Positions 37,379 through 45,136 of a stretch of DNA of 64,000 nucleotides are shown here, one piece after another; position 1 is the first letter of the stretch, and each line of letters opens with the position of its first letter. Source of the stretch: an uncultured Chloroflexia bacterium (GTDB taxonomy: Bacteria; Chloroflexota; Limnocylindria; Limnocylindrales; CSP1-4); NCBI GenBank assembly GCA_963720755.1, contig CAVRGP010000006.1, forward strand, positions 160,001-224,000. The letters run 5' to 3'. A model generated the notes under the pieces. It did not search any database, was not told where the DNA came from, and worked only from the letters and a program-made list of their open reading frames with translations. A program made the position numbers and the translations under genes.

Positions 37379-38722
37379 TTAGTCCCGCGGCATCGAGCGG
37401 AGTCGCCGCCATCGCTCGATCGCCCGTCGATGTTCGGCACGGGTCAGCTCGCGGTGTCCGAATTCGGCCAGGGCATAGTCGGCCGCCAGGCGACCGAGCG
37501 GGTCGCCCGAACCGCTCGAGCCGGATCGGGTCCGATCCGCGTGCTCGGAAGGCGTTTCGGACGGCAGACGGGCCGCGTTCGGGACCCGGCTCAGGACCTC
37601 GAGGGATGCCATGTACGCCTCGCTCGCGGTCCGCGGGTCGGGTCTTCGTCGCGGGATCGTGACGCGTGGTCGCCGGAACCGGATCCCGCCTGCAGGGCCT
37701 TCGGTTTCGCGCGTTTCGACCAGGTCGCTCTCGACCGCCGACAGTCGTGGGCGGTTGAGCAGAGCGCGGATCACGAGGAACGCCACGATGATCGCGATCG
37801 CCAGCGGTGCCAGGCCGAGGGCGACGGCCTGGATGCCGGTGGCCCCGGCTGGGTTCCCTGGTTCGAGTGGGCCGGGAGCGAGGGTCCCCCCAAGGTCTGT
37901 CGACCCCGTCAGTGGTCCGCGGACCAATTCGAGCAGGAAGACGAGGGCGGCCGCCAGCAGACCACCTGGGATCGCCAGGATGGTGATGATGACGACGATG
38001 ACGTCGGCGATCGGACCCAGCACGCCCCTGAGCGCGTCGGTCGAAGGGATCCCGAGGACCGCCGCGAGTGGGACCGACACGACCAGCAGGCAGGCGATGA
38101 CCGCCACGAGCAACGCGACCCAGGTCCGTTGATCACCCTGCGGCATCCCGGTCTCCTCCAGCTCGCCCAGGCGCGCCAGACCCATGCCCAGCAACGCGGC
38201 GGTCACGACCGCGACGGTCGCCGAGAAGGCGGCGCTCACGATCGCTGGGTCACCGGTGGCGCCGGTCGCCGCCAGGAACGCCCAGGTCCCGGCGATCGCC
38301 CAGAGGCCAGGCCCGAGCACGGTCTCGGCGATGCGCGCGTCGTCCTCCGAGGTGACGTGTGCCGACCCGCGGAACACGGCGAGACCGAGCAGGATCCCGC
38401 CCGGATGCGCCCCGATGACGGCCCATGGATCGTCGGTCAGTCGTACCGCCGCGGCTCCGAGTGGCAGCAACCAACCGACGATCGCCGCACCGATGACCAG
38501 GGCGGCCAGCGGCGTCCGATAGTGCCGGCCGGCATGGACGGACCATCGGGCGTAGCCGAGGCCGGCGGCGGCAGCACCCACGAACGCCAGCATCGGCAGC
38601 GGCGGCTGTTGATGCGTCGCCAGGCTGCCGAGCGCGAGATAGGCCAGGGTGATCCCGGCGGCCTCCATCGTGCAGGCCGCGAGGATCGCGATCCCCGCTT
38701 CAAGCGATGCGTTCGAGCGCAT
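37379..38722 (-). CDS. DUF4129-domain membrane protein
   Basis: Multi-TM plus C-terminal AY..RLPSETPSEHA..YALAEFG. Confidence 0.72.
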   Translation of the reverse strand: MRSNASLEAGIAILAACTMEAAGITLAYLALGSLATHQQPPLPMLAFVGAAAAGLGYARWSVHAGRHYRTPLAALVIGAAIVGWLLPLGAAAVRLTDDPWAVIGAHPGGILLGLAVFRGSAHVTSEDDARIAETVLGPGLWAIAGTWAFLAATGATGDPAIVSAAFSATVAVVTAALLGMGLARLGELEETGMPQGDQRTWVALLVAVIACLLVVSVPLAAVLGIPSTDALRGVLGPIADVIVVIITILAIPGGLLAAALVFLLELVRGPLTGSTDLGGTLAPGPLEPGNPAGATGIQAVALGLAPLAIAIIVAFLVIRALLNRPRLSAVESDLVETRETEGPAGGIRFRRPRVTIPRRRPDPRTASEAYMASLEVLSRVPNAARLPSETPSEHADRTRSGSSGSGDPLGRLAADYALAEFGHRELTRAEHRRAIERWRRLRSMPRD

Positions 38723-39932
38723 CCGCAGTCTGCCAATCCGGCTCGAGACGATAGGCGGCACTTCGCAGGCCGAACGCACGGGCTCTCGCGGTCCATCGAG
38801 CGGACTCGGGACCGAACCCGGCGTGGCTCACGACGTAGCCGTCGGCACCGAGCCTCCGGAGGGTCGCCAGAAAATCATCCGGATCCCGGCTGCTGAGGGC
38901 GATGATCGAGCAGCCGCTCGGGACGCGACGCGCCAGGGCTGCCAGCAGGCGGTCGAATGGCAGCGAGGCGAACGGACTGACATCGGCGAGCAGGTCCGCG
39001 ATGGCCCCGACCTGCCGCTGGTTCGCGCTGGGTGCCAGGAAGACCGTGCGCTGGGGACGCTCGCTGTAGGCGTTCACCGCGATCCCGGCCGCGATGCCGT
39101 CGACGACGAAGGATCGCACCAGGGACAACGCCGCCACACAGAGACCCTCCGCGAGGTCATCGTCCCAGCTGAGCATCCACGAGGGCCCGGACAGGGTTTG
39201 CATGTCGACGGCGACCAGCACCTCTCGCTCACGCGCGGGGTCATAGCGTCGGCTGACCGGTCGGCCGACGCGCGCGGTCGCCTTCCAGTGGATCCGTCGC
39301 AGGGGGTCGCCCGGCTGGTAGGGTCGCACCCCCGCGAACAGCGAGGGCTCCTCGTGGAGGCCTCGGACCGATGGCGAAGCACCGACCGAAGGGCTGTCCG
39401 TCACCGTCGAGCGGATGCCGACCACGCGCGGGACCACGTGGTAGACGGTCGACAGCGGCCGCTCCTCGCGCCGGCTGGATCGGGCGAACAGGTCGGCGAC
39501 CCGAAGATCCGCCTCGACGAACCGATAGGTGCCGCGCCGGCGGCCGACGATCTGGAACCGCCGCGTGACCCGTTCGAACCAGCCGACCCTCCAGGTGCCC
39601 CGCAGGACATCGAACCCGCGGCGCGGTGAGGGGATCAGCGGTCGCCCGGCGACCTCGGCGCCCTGGCTGACGACATCCTCGATCTGGAGCCAGGGCAGCG
39701 GCAGGAGCTTGGCATTGCGAACGACGAGATCCAGATCGATCCTCTCGCCCCATGGGACACGGGGCGCCGAGAGATGGCGCTCGTACTCGAGTGAGCGGAG
39801 GCCATACCTCGACCAGATGGACTGGAGGACCAGGACGAGACCCATGAGGACGCCGACGAGGAGCAGACCGCCGGCACCGAGCACCACCCCGCCGAGGATC
39901 AACGCGACCGCCAGCAGCGCGGTGGCGCCCAT
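38700..39932 (-). CDS. DUF58-domain protein
   Basis: RRGTYRF, GVRPYQPGDPLRRIHWKATAR. Confidence 0.9.
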   Translation of the reverse strand: MGATALLAVALILGGVVLGAGGLLLVGVLMGLVLVLQSIWSRYGLRSLEYERHLSAPRVPWGERIDLDLVVRNAKLLPLPWLQIEDVVSQGAEVAGRPLIPSPRRGFDVLRGTWRVGWFERVTRRFQIVGRRRGTYRFVEADLRVADLFARSSRREERPLSTVYHVVPRVVGIRSTVTDSPSVGASPSVRGLHEEPSLFAGVRPYQPGDPLRRIHWKATARVGRPVSRRYDPAREREVLVAVDMQTLSGPSWMLSWDDDLAEGLCVAALSLVRSFVVDGIAAGIAVNAYSERPQRTVFLAPSANQRQVGAIADLLADVSPFASLPFDRLLAALARRVPSGCSIIALSSRDPDDFLATLRRLGADGYVVSHAGFGPESARWTARARAFGLRSAAYRLEPDWQTADALERIA

Positions 39933-39935
39933 CGC

Positions 39936-40949
39936 TCAGGCTCGTTCGGCGACGGAGGCGGTCTCGACCGGCGGCGCGGGGACCGACCCGAGGACGTCTC
40001 CGATCACGTCCTCCGTGGTCGCGCCGCGCAGCTGCCGGTCGATATCGAGCACGATCCGATGGCCGAGCACGAACGGCGCCAGTGCCTTGACATCGTCCGG
40101 CAGGGCGAAATCGCGTCCGGCCAGGAAGGCCCACGCCTGGGTCGCCCGGTACAGCGCGACGCTGGCGCGCGGGCTGCCACCGAGGCGCAATTCGGGTCGT
40201 TCACGCGTCGCGCGCACGAGGTCGACGATGTACGCCTCGACGGGGGCGCTGACCTCGATCGCACGGACCGCGTCGCGCATGCCGAGCAGATCCTCGGGCC
40301 CGGCGATGACGGACACGATGTCGAGCGGTTCGGCCATGGCTCGGTAGCGTCGCGCGATGCGGCCCTCATCGGCGCGATCCGGGTAGCCCATCCGAACCCG
40401 CACGAGGAACCGATCCAGCTGGGCCTCTGGCAGGGCGAACGTGCCTTCGAGCTCGATCGGGTTCTCGGTCGCCAGGACGAGGAATGGGTCGGGCAGGGGC
40501 CGCGTTTCGCCCTCGATCGACACGTGCGCTTCTTCCATCGCCTCGAGCAGCGCCGACTGCGTGCGCGGGGTCGCCCGGTTGATCTCGTCGACGAGCAGGA
40601 CGTTGGTGAAGATCGGCCCGGGGATGAACCGGAATGACGACCCCTCGAGGATCGTCGCGCCGAGCACGTCACCGGGCAACAGGTCGGGGGTGCCCTGGAC
40701 CCGTGCGAAGTCCATCCCGAGCGCGCGGCTGAACGCTCGAGCCAACAGCGTCTTGCCGACACCGGGCACGTCCTCGATCAGGGCGTGGCCGTGAGCCAGG
40801 AGCGCGACGGCCAGGAGACGGATCGCGACCTCGTCGACGACCACGGCACGTTGCACGGAGTCGCGGATCGCGCGCCAGAAGCGCTCGCCGGCGAACGGGT
40901 CGGCCGGGCTGGTGGACGGCTCACTCGGGCTGGCGGACGGCTCACTCAC
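39936..40949 (-). CDS. moxR: MoxR-family AAA+ ATPase
   Basis: EDVPGVGKT, TPDLLP, DEINRA.PRTQSALLEAM, LPEAQLDRF. Confidence 0.95.
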   Translation of the reverse strand: MSEPSASPSEPSTSPADPFAGERFWRAIRDSVQRAVVVDEVAIRLLAVALLAHGHALIEDVPGVGKTLLARAFSRALGMDFARVQGTPDLLPGDVLGATILEGSSFRFIPGPIFTNVLLVDEINRATPRTQSALLEAMEEAHVSIEGETRPLPDPFLVLATENPIELEGTFALPEAQLDRFLVRVRMGYPDRADEGRIARRYRAMAEPLDIVSVIAGPEDLLGMRDAVRAIEVSAPVEAYIVDLVRATRERPELRLGGSPRASVALYRATQAWAFLAGRDFALPDDVKALAPFVLGHRIVLDIDRQLRGATTEDVIGDVLGSVPAPPVETASVAERA

Positions 40950-41030
40950 GGGTGCTGGGTCCCTCGATGGTCGGGCTGCCGTGGGCCGGCATCGTACCGC
41001 AGCGCCGGACACGCCCCGGTGACGTCGGCG

Positions 41031-41699
41031 TCAGGCGCGGAGATACGACAGCACCGCCAGCACCCGCCGATGGTCCGAGGGCTCAGGCTCGAGCCCGAGC
41101 TTGGAGAAGATCGTTCGGATATGCCCCTCGACGGTCTTCAGTTCGACGACGAGCCGCTCGGCGATGGCCTGGTTGGAGCGGCCCTCGGCCATCAGCGCGA
41201 GGACCTCCCGCTCTCGCGGGGTGAGCTCGTCCAGCGGACCGTGGGGCCGGGCGCGGCCGAGCAGCTCCTCGACGATCTCGGGATCGATCACCGAGCCGCC
41301 AGCCGCCACGCGATGGATCGCATCCAGCAGATCCGACTCGCGCAGCACCCGATCCTTCAGCAGGTAGCCGACCCCTGCCGCGTCCGCTCGCAGCAGGCGG
41401 ATCGCGTGGCGGGTCTCGACATGCGCGGAGAGGAGGAGGATCGCCACCGTGGGATGGCGGTCGCGGATGGCGATGGCCGCTTCAAGGCCCTCGGTCTGGA
41501 AGCCGGGCGGCATCCGGATGTCCATCACGACCACGTCCGGACGTTCTCGTGCGACGACGTCGAGCGCGCCCGCAGCGTCGCCGGCTTCACCCACCACCGC
41601 GAAACCCTCGTCCGCGAGCAGGTGGGACATGCCCGAGCGAAAGAGCACGGAATCGTCGACCAGGACGATCCGCGATCGGCGCTCGTTCGACGCCGTCAT
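41031..41699 (-). CDS. NarL/LuxR-family response regulator
   Basis: [44 protein letters not shown]. Confidence 0.95.
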   Translation of the reverse strand: MTASNERRSRIVLVDDSVLFRSGMSHLLADEGFAVVGEAGDAAGALDVVARERPDVVVMDIRMPPGFQTEGLEAAIAIRDRHPTVAILLLSAHVETRHAIRLLRADAAGVGYLLKDRVLRESDLLDAIHRVAAGGSVIDPEIVEELLGRARPHGPLDELTPREREVLALMAEGRSNQAIAERLVVELKTVEGHIRTIFSKLGLEPEPSDHRRVLAVLSYLRA

Positions 41700-43456
41700 G
41701 ACAGCGGGAGCACGGCCCGGACCGTCGTTCCGACACCTGCTGGGCTGGAGACGGCGAGCGTGCCTCCGACAGCCTGTGCTCGATCGATCAGCCCGTGCAG
41801 GCCGGTCCCGCCCGCTCCGACGTCGGCACCGCCGTGCCCGTCGTCGGCGACCTCGAGTTGCAGGGCGTCATCCTCGACGCGCCCGTGGATGGTCACCCTT
41901 GTCGCGTCGGCGTGCCGCAGGACGTTCGTGAGGGCTTCGGAGACGATCAGGTAGGCCGTCGTCTCGATCGGATCGGGAAGGCGCCGGTCATCGATCCGGA
42001 CATCGACCGGGAGTGGGAAACGATCCGCCAACTCACGCACGGCCGGCGCGATCCCGCCCTCGATGAGGGCGGTCGGATGGATCCCACGGGCCAGCGCACG
42101 GAGGTCGCGAAGTCCGTCCTCCAGTTCACGACTCGCCTCGTCCAGGATGCGCCCAAGCTCCGGATCGGCTTCGGCGCGTCGGTTCGCCCGTCGTAGGGTG
42201 AACCCGAGGGCGACGAGTCGCTGCTGCGCGCCATCATGAAGATCCCGCTCGAGCCTTCGCCGCTCCTCGTCCGTCGCTTCGACGAGCCGTGCCCTGGACG
42301 CGCGGACTTCCTCGAGCTGCGCTCGCAACTCCGCCGCCAACCGCTCGTTCTCGAGGGCCAGTCTCGATGCCGCCGCCGCGCTGTCCACGAGGACCTGGTC
42401 TGCAGCAGGGTCATGGATCAGGACCGCGATCGTGCCATCGGCTCCCTCGATCCGAGTGATGTCCCGTTGGTCACTCTCATCGGGCATGGCGATCGCCCGG
42501 CCCGTCGGATCGACGTATCCGCCTCCGTCTGGCGACGGGAACCCCAGTCGAAGGGTTGGATCGTGGACGGCCCGGGCGAGCACGGCCTCGAGATCGCCGG
42601 TCTTCACGCGATCGAGGTCGACCACGAGTTCGGCGATGGACCCACGTTCGAGCCGGGTCTGGAGCAGGCCGATCAGGAACGCGATCGGCAGCAGGAAGTT
42701 GGAGAGCTGCGCGATTGGACCCGTCGACGCCGCGAACAAGGCGTCCGAACCGGTGGCCTGCGCCACGAAGAACGTCCCGACGACGACCAGGGTGATCGGG
42801 CTGACCCAGAAGACAGGGGCCAGCGCCCGTCGGGCCGCGGGGGTCCCGCGCCTCCAGCGATCGAGGACCGTCAGGACGACCAGGACGGACAGGATGAGCG
42901 CACCGAGGTTCGCGACGACGCCGACGGTGTCGGCGAGTCCCTCGTTGGGCCAAAGGAGCAATGGGTTCCCGAATGGCCAGGTCGGCGGGTACGGCTCGAT
43001 GAGCCGTTGGCTGACGGTCGTCAGGAAGAACCAGGCGTAGGCGGCCATGACCAGGCGCCGGGACCAGCCAGCGGTCCTCCCCTCTGGAAAGGCGAGGTAC
43101 ACGTTGGCGAGGACGACTGTCCCGAAGAGGACCCACATGTTGCCGATGGTCCAGACGAGCGCGTCGCCCCCATCCCAGCTCAGGAAGTTGATCGTGCCCG
43201 CGAAACCCATCAAGATCACGAGTGGGCCGACCCGGTTGCCAGGTCGCGAGTACCACATGACCAGCCCCACCGCGATGGTGAACAGGTTCGCAGCGAGCTG
43301 AACGAACCAATGTCCGTCGCCGTTGTCGCCGTTGTCGGCATTCGCTGCCATGAGCGCGAGGCAGATCGCCCCGACGAGGACGCCGGCCGTGACGACCGCC
43401 GCGATGGCGACGGGGCTCGGGCGTCCTGGTGCTACCCGGTCAAGAGTCACCGACAC
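41696..43456 (-). CDS. Multi-TM sensor histidine kinase (HisKA_3)
   Basis: About 7-8 TMs, [38 protein letters not shown]; start may be GTG 43450. Confidence 0.93.
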   Translation of the reverse strand: MSVTLDRVAPGRPSPVAIAAVVTAGVLVGAICLALMAANADNGDNGDGHWFVQLAANLFTIAVGLVMWYSRPGNRVGPLVILMGFAGTINFLSWDGGDALVWTIGNMWVLFGTVVLANVYLAFPEGRTAGWSRRLVMAAYAWFFLTTVSQRLIEPYPPTWPFGNPLLLWPNEGLADTVGVVANLGALILSVLVVLTVLDRWRRGTPAARRALAPVFWVSPITLVVVGTFFVAQATGSDALFAASTGPIAQLSNFLLPIAFLIGLLQTRLERGSIAELVVDLDRVKTGDLEAVLARAVHDPTLRLGFPSPDGGGYVDPTGRAIAMPDESDQRDITRIEGADGTIAVLIHDPAADQVLVDSAAAASRLALENERLAAELRAQLEEVRASRARLVEATDEERRRLERDLHDGAQQRLVALGFTLRRANRRAEADPELGRILDEASRELEDGLRDLRALARGIHPTALIEGGIAPAVRELADRFPLPVDVRIDDRRLPDPIETTAYLIVSEALTNVLRHADATRVTIHGRVEDDALQLEVADDGHGGADVGAGGTGLHGLIDRAQAVGGTLAVSSPAGVGTTVRAVLPLS

Positions 43457-43492
43457 CTGCCCGACCCCGATCGTTCAGCCGACATGCCGGTC

Positions 43493-43598
43493 ATCGTGCC
43501 ATCAGGGTCAAGGCGGAACCACGGTGCAGACCCTTGGGATCGACGGGTGTCGTATTGGGGTCCGCACTGGCGACTCCGGATCACCGCGGCCGGAGACT
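43493..43598. promoter_or_regulatory. Mirror-symmetric divergent promoters sharing a GGGTCYGCAC box
   Basis: Minus GGGTCTGCAC (43533-43524)-N25-CACGAT; plus GGGTCCGCAC (43558-43567)-N25-GAGACT. Confidence 0.6.
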
Positions 43599-43644
43599 CC
43601 TGATCGGAGGTCGCGTCCAGCGACCGTAGAGTGGGAGGCGACCG

Positions 43645-43875
43645 ATGGGCACGAGGATCGTCCGAGTCGCAGGTCCTTCGCAAGGCGAACAACGTGCCCG
43701 ACGTCCGTTCGACCCAGCCGGGACCACACTCATGGTCGTCATCTCCGCGTCGGTCCTCGCGGCATCCGTGATGATCGCGTCGCTCTCGGCCGGCGCCGGT
43801 CAGGGGCAGAGTCTCAGCGCAGGGCCGCCTCCGCAGCCTGGGCCCGCCCCGACGTTGTCGACGCCCGCGCCGTAG
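43645..43875 (+). CDS. Small membrane/secreted peptide with Pro-rich C-terminus
   Basis: GGGAGG RBS, 76 aa, hydrophobic helix, tail PPPQPGPAPT; has its own promoter. Confidence 0.6.
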   Translation: MGTRIVRVAGPSQGEQRARRPFDPAGTTLMVVISASVLAASVMIASLSAGAGQGQSLSAGPPPQPGPAPTLSTPAP

Positions 43876-43906
43876 AAAGGGCCAGCGGCTCGCCACTCCG
43901 AAAACC

Positions 43907-43949
43907 CCGTAGTTCCTCCGTGGTTCGCGGCTGGTCGTCACCGTACCGT
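43907..43949 (+). promoter_or_regulatory. Direct-repeat operator and -10 of the tusA-dsrE operon
   Basis: CCGTAGTT and CCGTGGTT 11 bp apart, then TACCGT at 43944. Confidence 0.5.
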
Positions 43950-43998
43950 CGAGTCACCGCTGCGATCCGCACCGGCTGAAGCCCGGAAGGAGGCCCGC

Positions 43999-44682
43999 TT
44001 GACGGCCATATCCAATCCCGCGCAGTCAAGTCCCGTGTCGCGTGACGCGGATACGACCGCGATCCAGTTCGGCGAGGCGTTCGTGAACGCGCTCGCCGCG
44101 AAGGACTTCAACGCGATCGAGGCGCTTTTCGCGCCGTTGTCGCGATTCCGGGCTCTGACGCCCAATGCCGTCCGCGAAGCGACGACCGCGGCAGGCGCTC
44201 GTCACTGGCTGGAGGGCTGGTTCGGGATGGCGGATCGGAACGAACCCATCGCGGCGCGCGCCGAGATGGTCGCCGACGTCCTCCATGTCGCGTACCGCAT
44301 CCTCCAGCACGAGAACGGAACCTGGTATCTCGTGGACCAACAGATCTTCGCCTCGCTCGAGGGGTTCGGAGTGACCGACGTGGCGCTCCTGTGTTCCGGG
44401 TTCCGCAGGGTCGAGGTCAGCGAAGTTCCATCCGCCGGGGCCTATCCCGTCGATGCTCAATTCGATGCGCTGGGGGCGAGCTGCGCCACCCTGACGCCGC
44501 GAATCCGGGACGCGGTCCAGCGCCTCGAACCCGGCCAGGTGCTGGAGATCGTGACCGACGACCCGACCGCCGGTGACGGACTCACCGCATGGACGCGGAT
44601 GACCGGCAACGAGCTCATCGACATGACCGTTGCATCCGACGGCTCCGACCACTTCTTCGTGCGGCGCGGTGCCGCGCGTTGA
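43999..44682 (+). CDS. SnoaL/NTF2-like domain fused to TusA/SirA sulfur-carrier domain
   Basis: AFVNALAAKDF..FRALTP..LLCSGF, then FDALGASC..LEPGQVLEIVTDDP..W..TGNEL; AAGGAGG RBS before TTG. Confidence 0.78.
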   Translation: MTAISNPAQSSPVSRDADTTAIQFGEAFVNALAAKDFNAIEALFAPLSRFRALTPNAVREATTAAGARHWLEGWFGMADRNEPIAARAEMVADVLHVAYRILQHENGTWYLVDQQIFASLEGFGVTDVALLCSGFRRVEVSEVPSAGAYPVDAQFDALGASCATLTPRIRDAVQRLEPGQVLEIVTDDPTAGDGLTAWTRMTGNELIDMTVASDGSDHFFVRRGAAR

Positions 44683-44720
44683 CTGACCGATCCATCATTC
44701 GAACTCGACAGGAGAAGAAC

Positions 44721-45080
44721 GTGAACACCATCCTCATCAACGCCACGCATGGTCCCGAAGATCCGGAACGAGCGACACTCGCATTCGTGGTAGCGAATGT
44801 AGCCGCGACCGCGGACCAGGATGCGATCGTGCTCCTCACCATCGACGGCGCCTGGCTCGCCGTCCGCGGCCGATCCGACGACGTGGCGCACGACGGGCTC
44901 CCGCCGCTCAGCGACGTGATGACCCAGTTCGTCGCGGCCGGCGGCCGGATCTGGGCGTGCGGGGCATGCACGAAGCCGAGAGGGATCCAGCCCGATGACA
45001 TCGTCGATGGAGCGTCGATCGTGACCGCGGCCCAGGTCGTTGAGGTCCTCGCCGCGGGTGCGGCATCGCTGACGTTCTGA
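44721..45080 (+). CDS. DsrE-family protein
   Basis: THGPEDPERAT..LLTIDG..GGRIWACGAC; AGGAG RBS before GTG. Confidence 0.88.
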   Translation: MNTILINATHGPEDPERATLAFVVANVAATADQDAIVLLTIDGAWLAVRGRSDDVAHDGLPPLSDVMTQFVAAGGRIWACGACTKPRGIQPDDIVDGASIVTAAQVVEVLAAGAASLTF

Positions 45081-45136
45081 GTCAGTGGGGTACCGTGTCG
45101 CGGTGGGAGCGCGGCGAACGTGAGGCGGCACTCGCC

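Noticed and set aside
45091-45123. Six-codon leaderless uORF (MGARRT) before the LAL regulator
   Set aside because: The regulator has its own GAGG RBS and the GTG could easily be chance.
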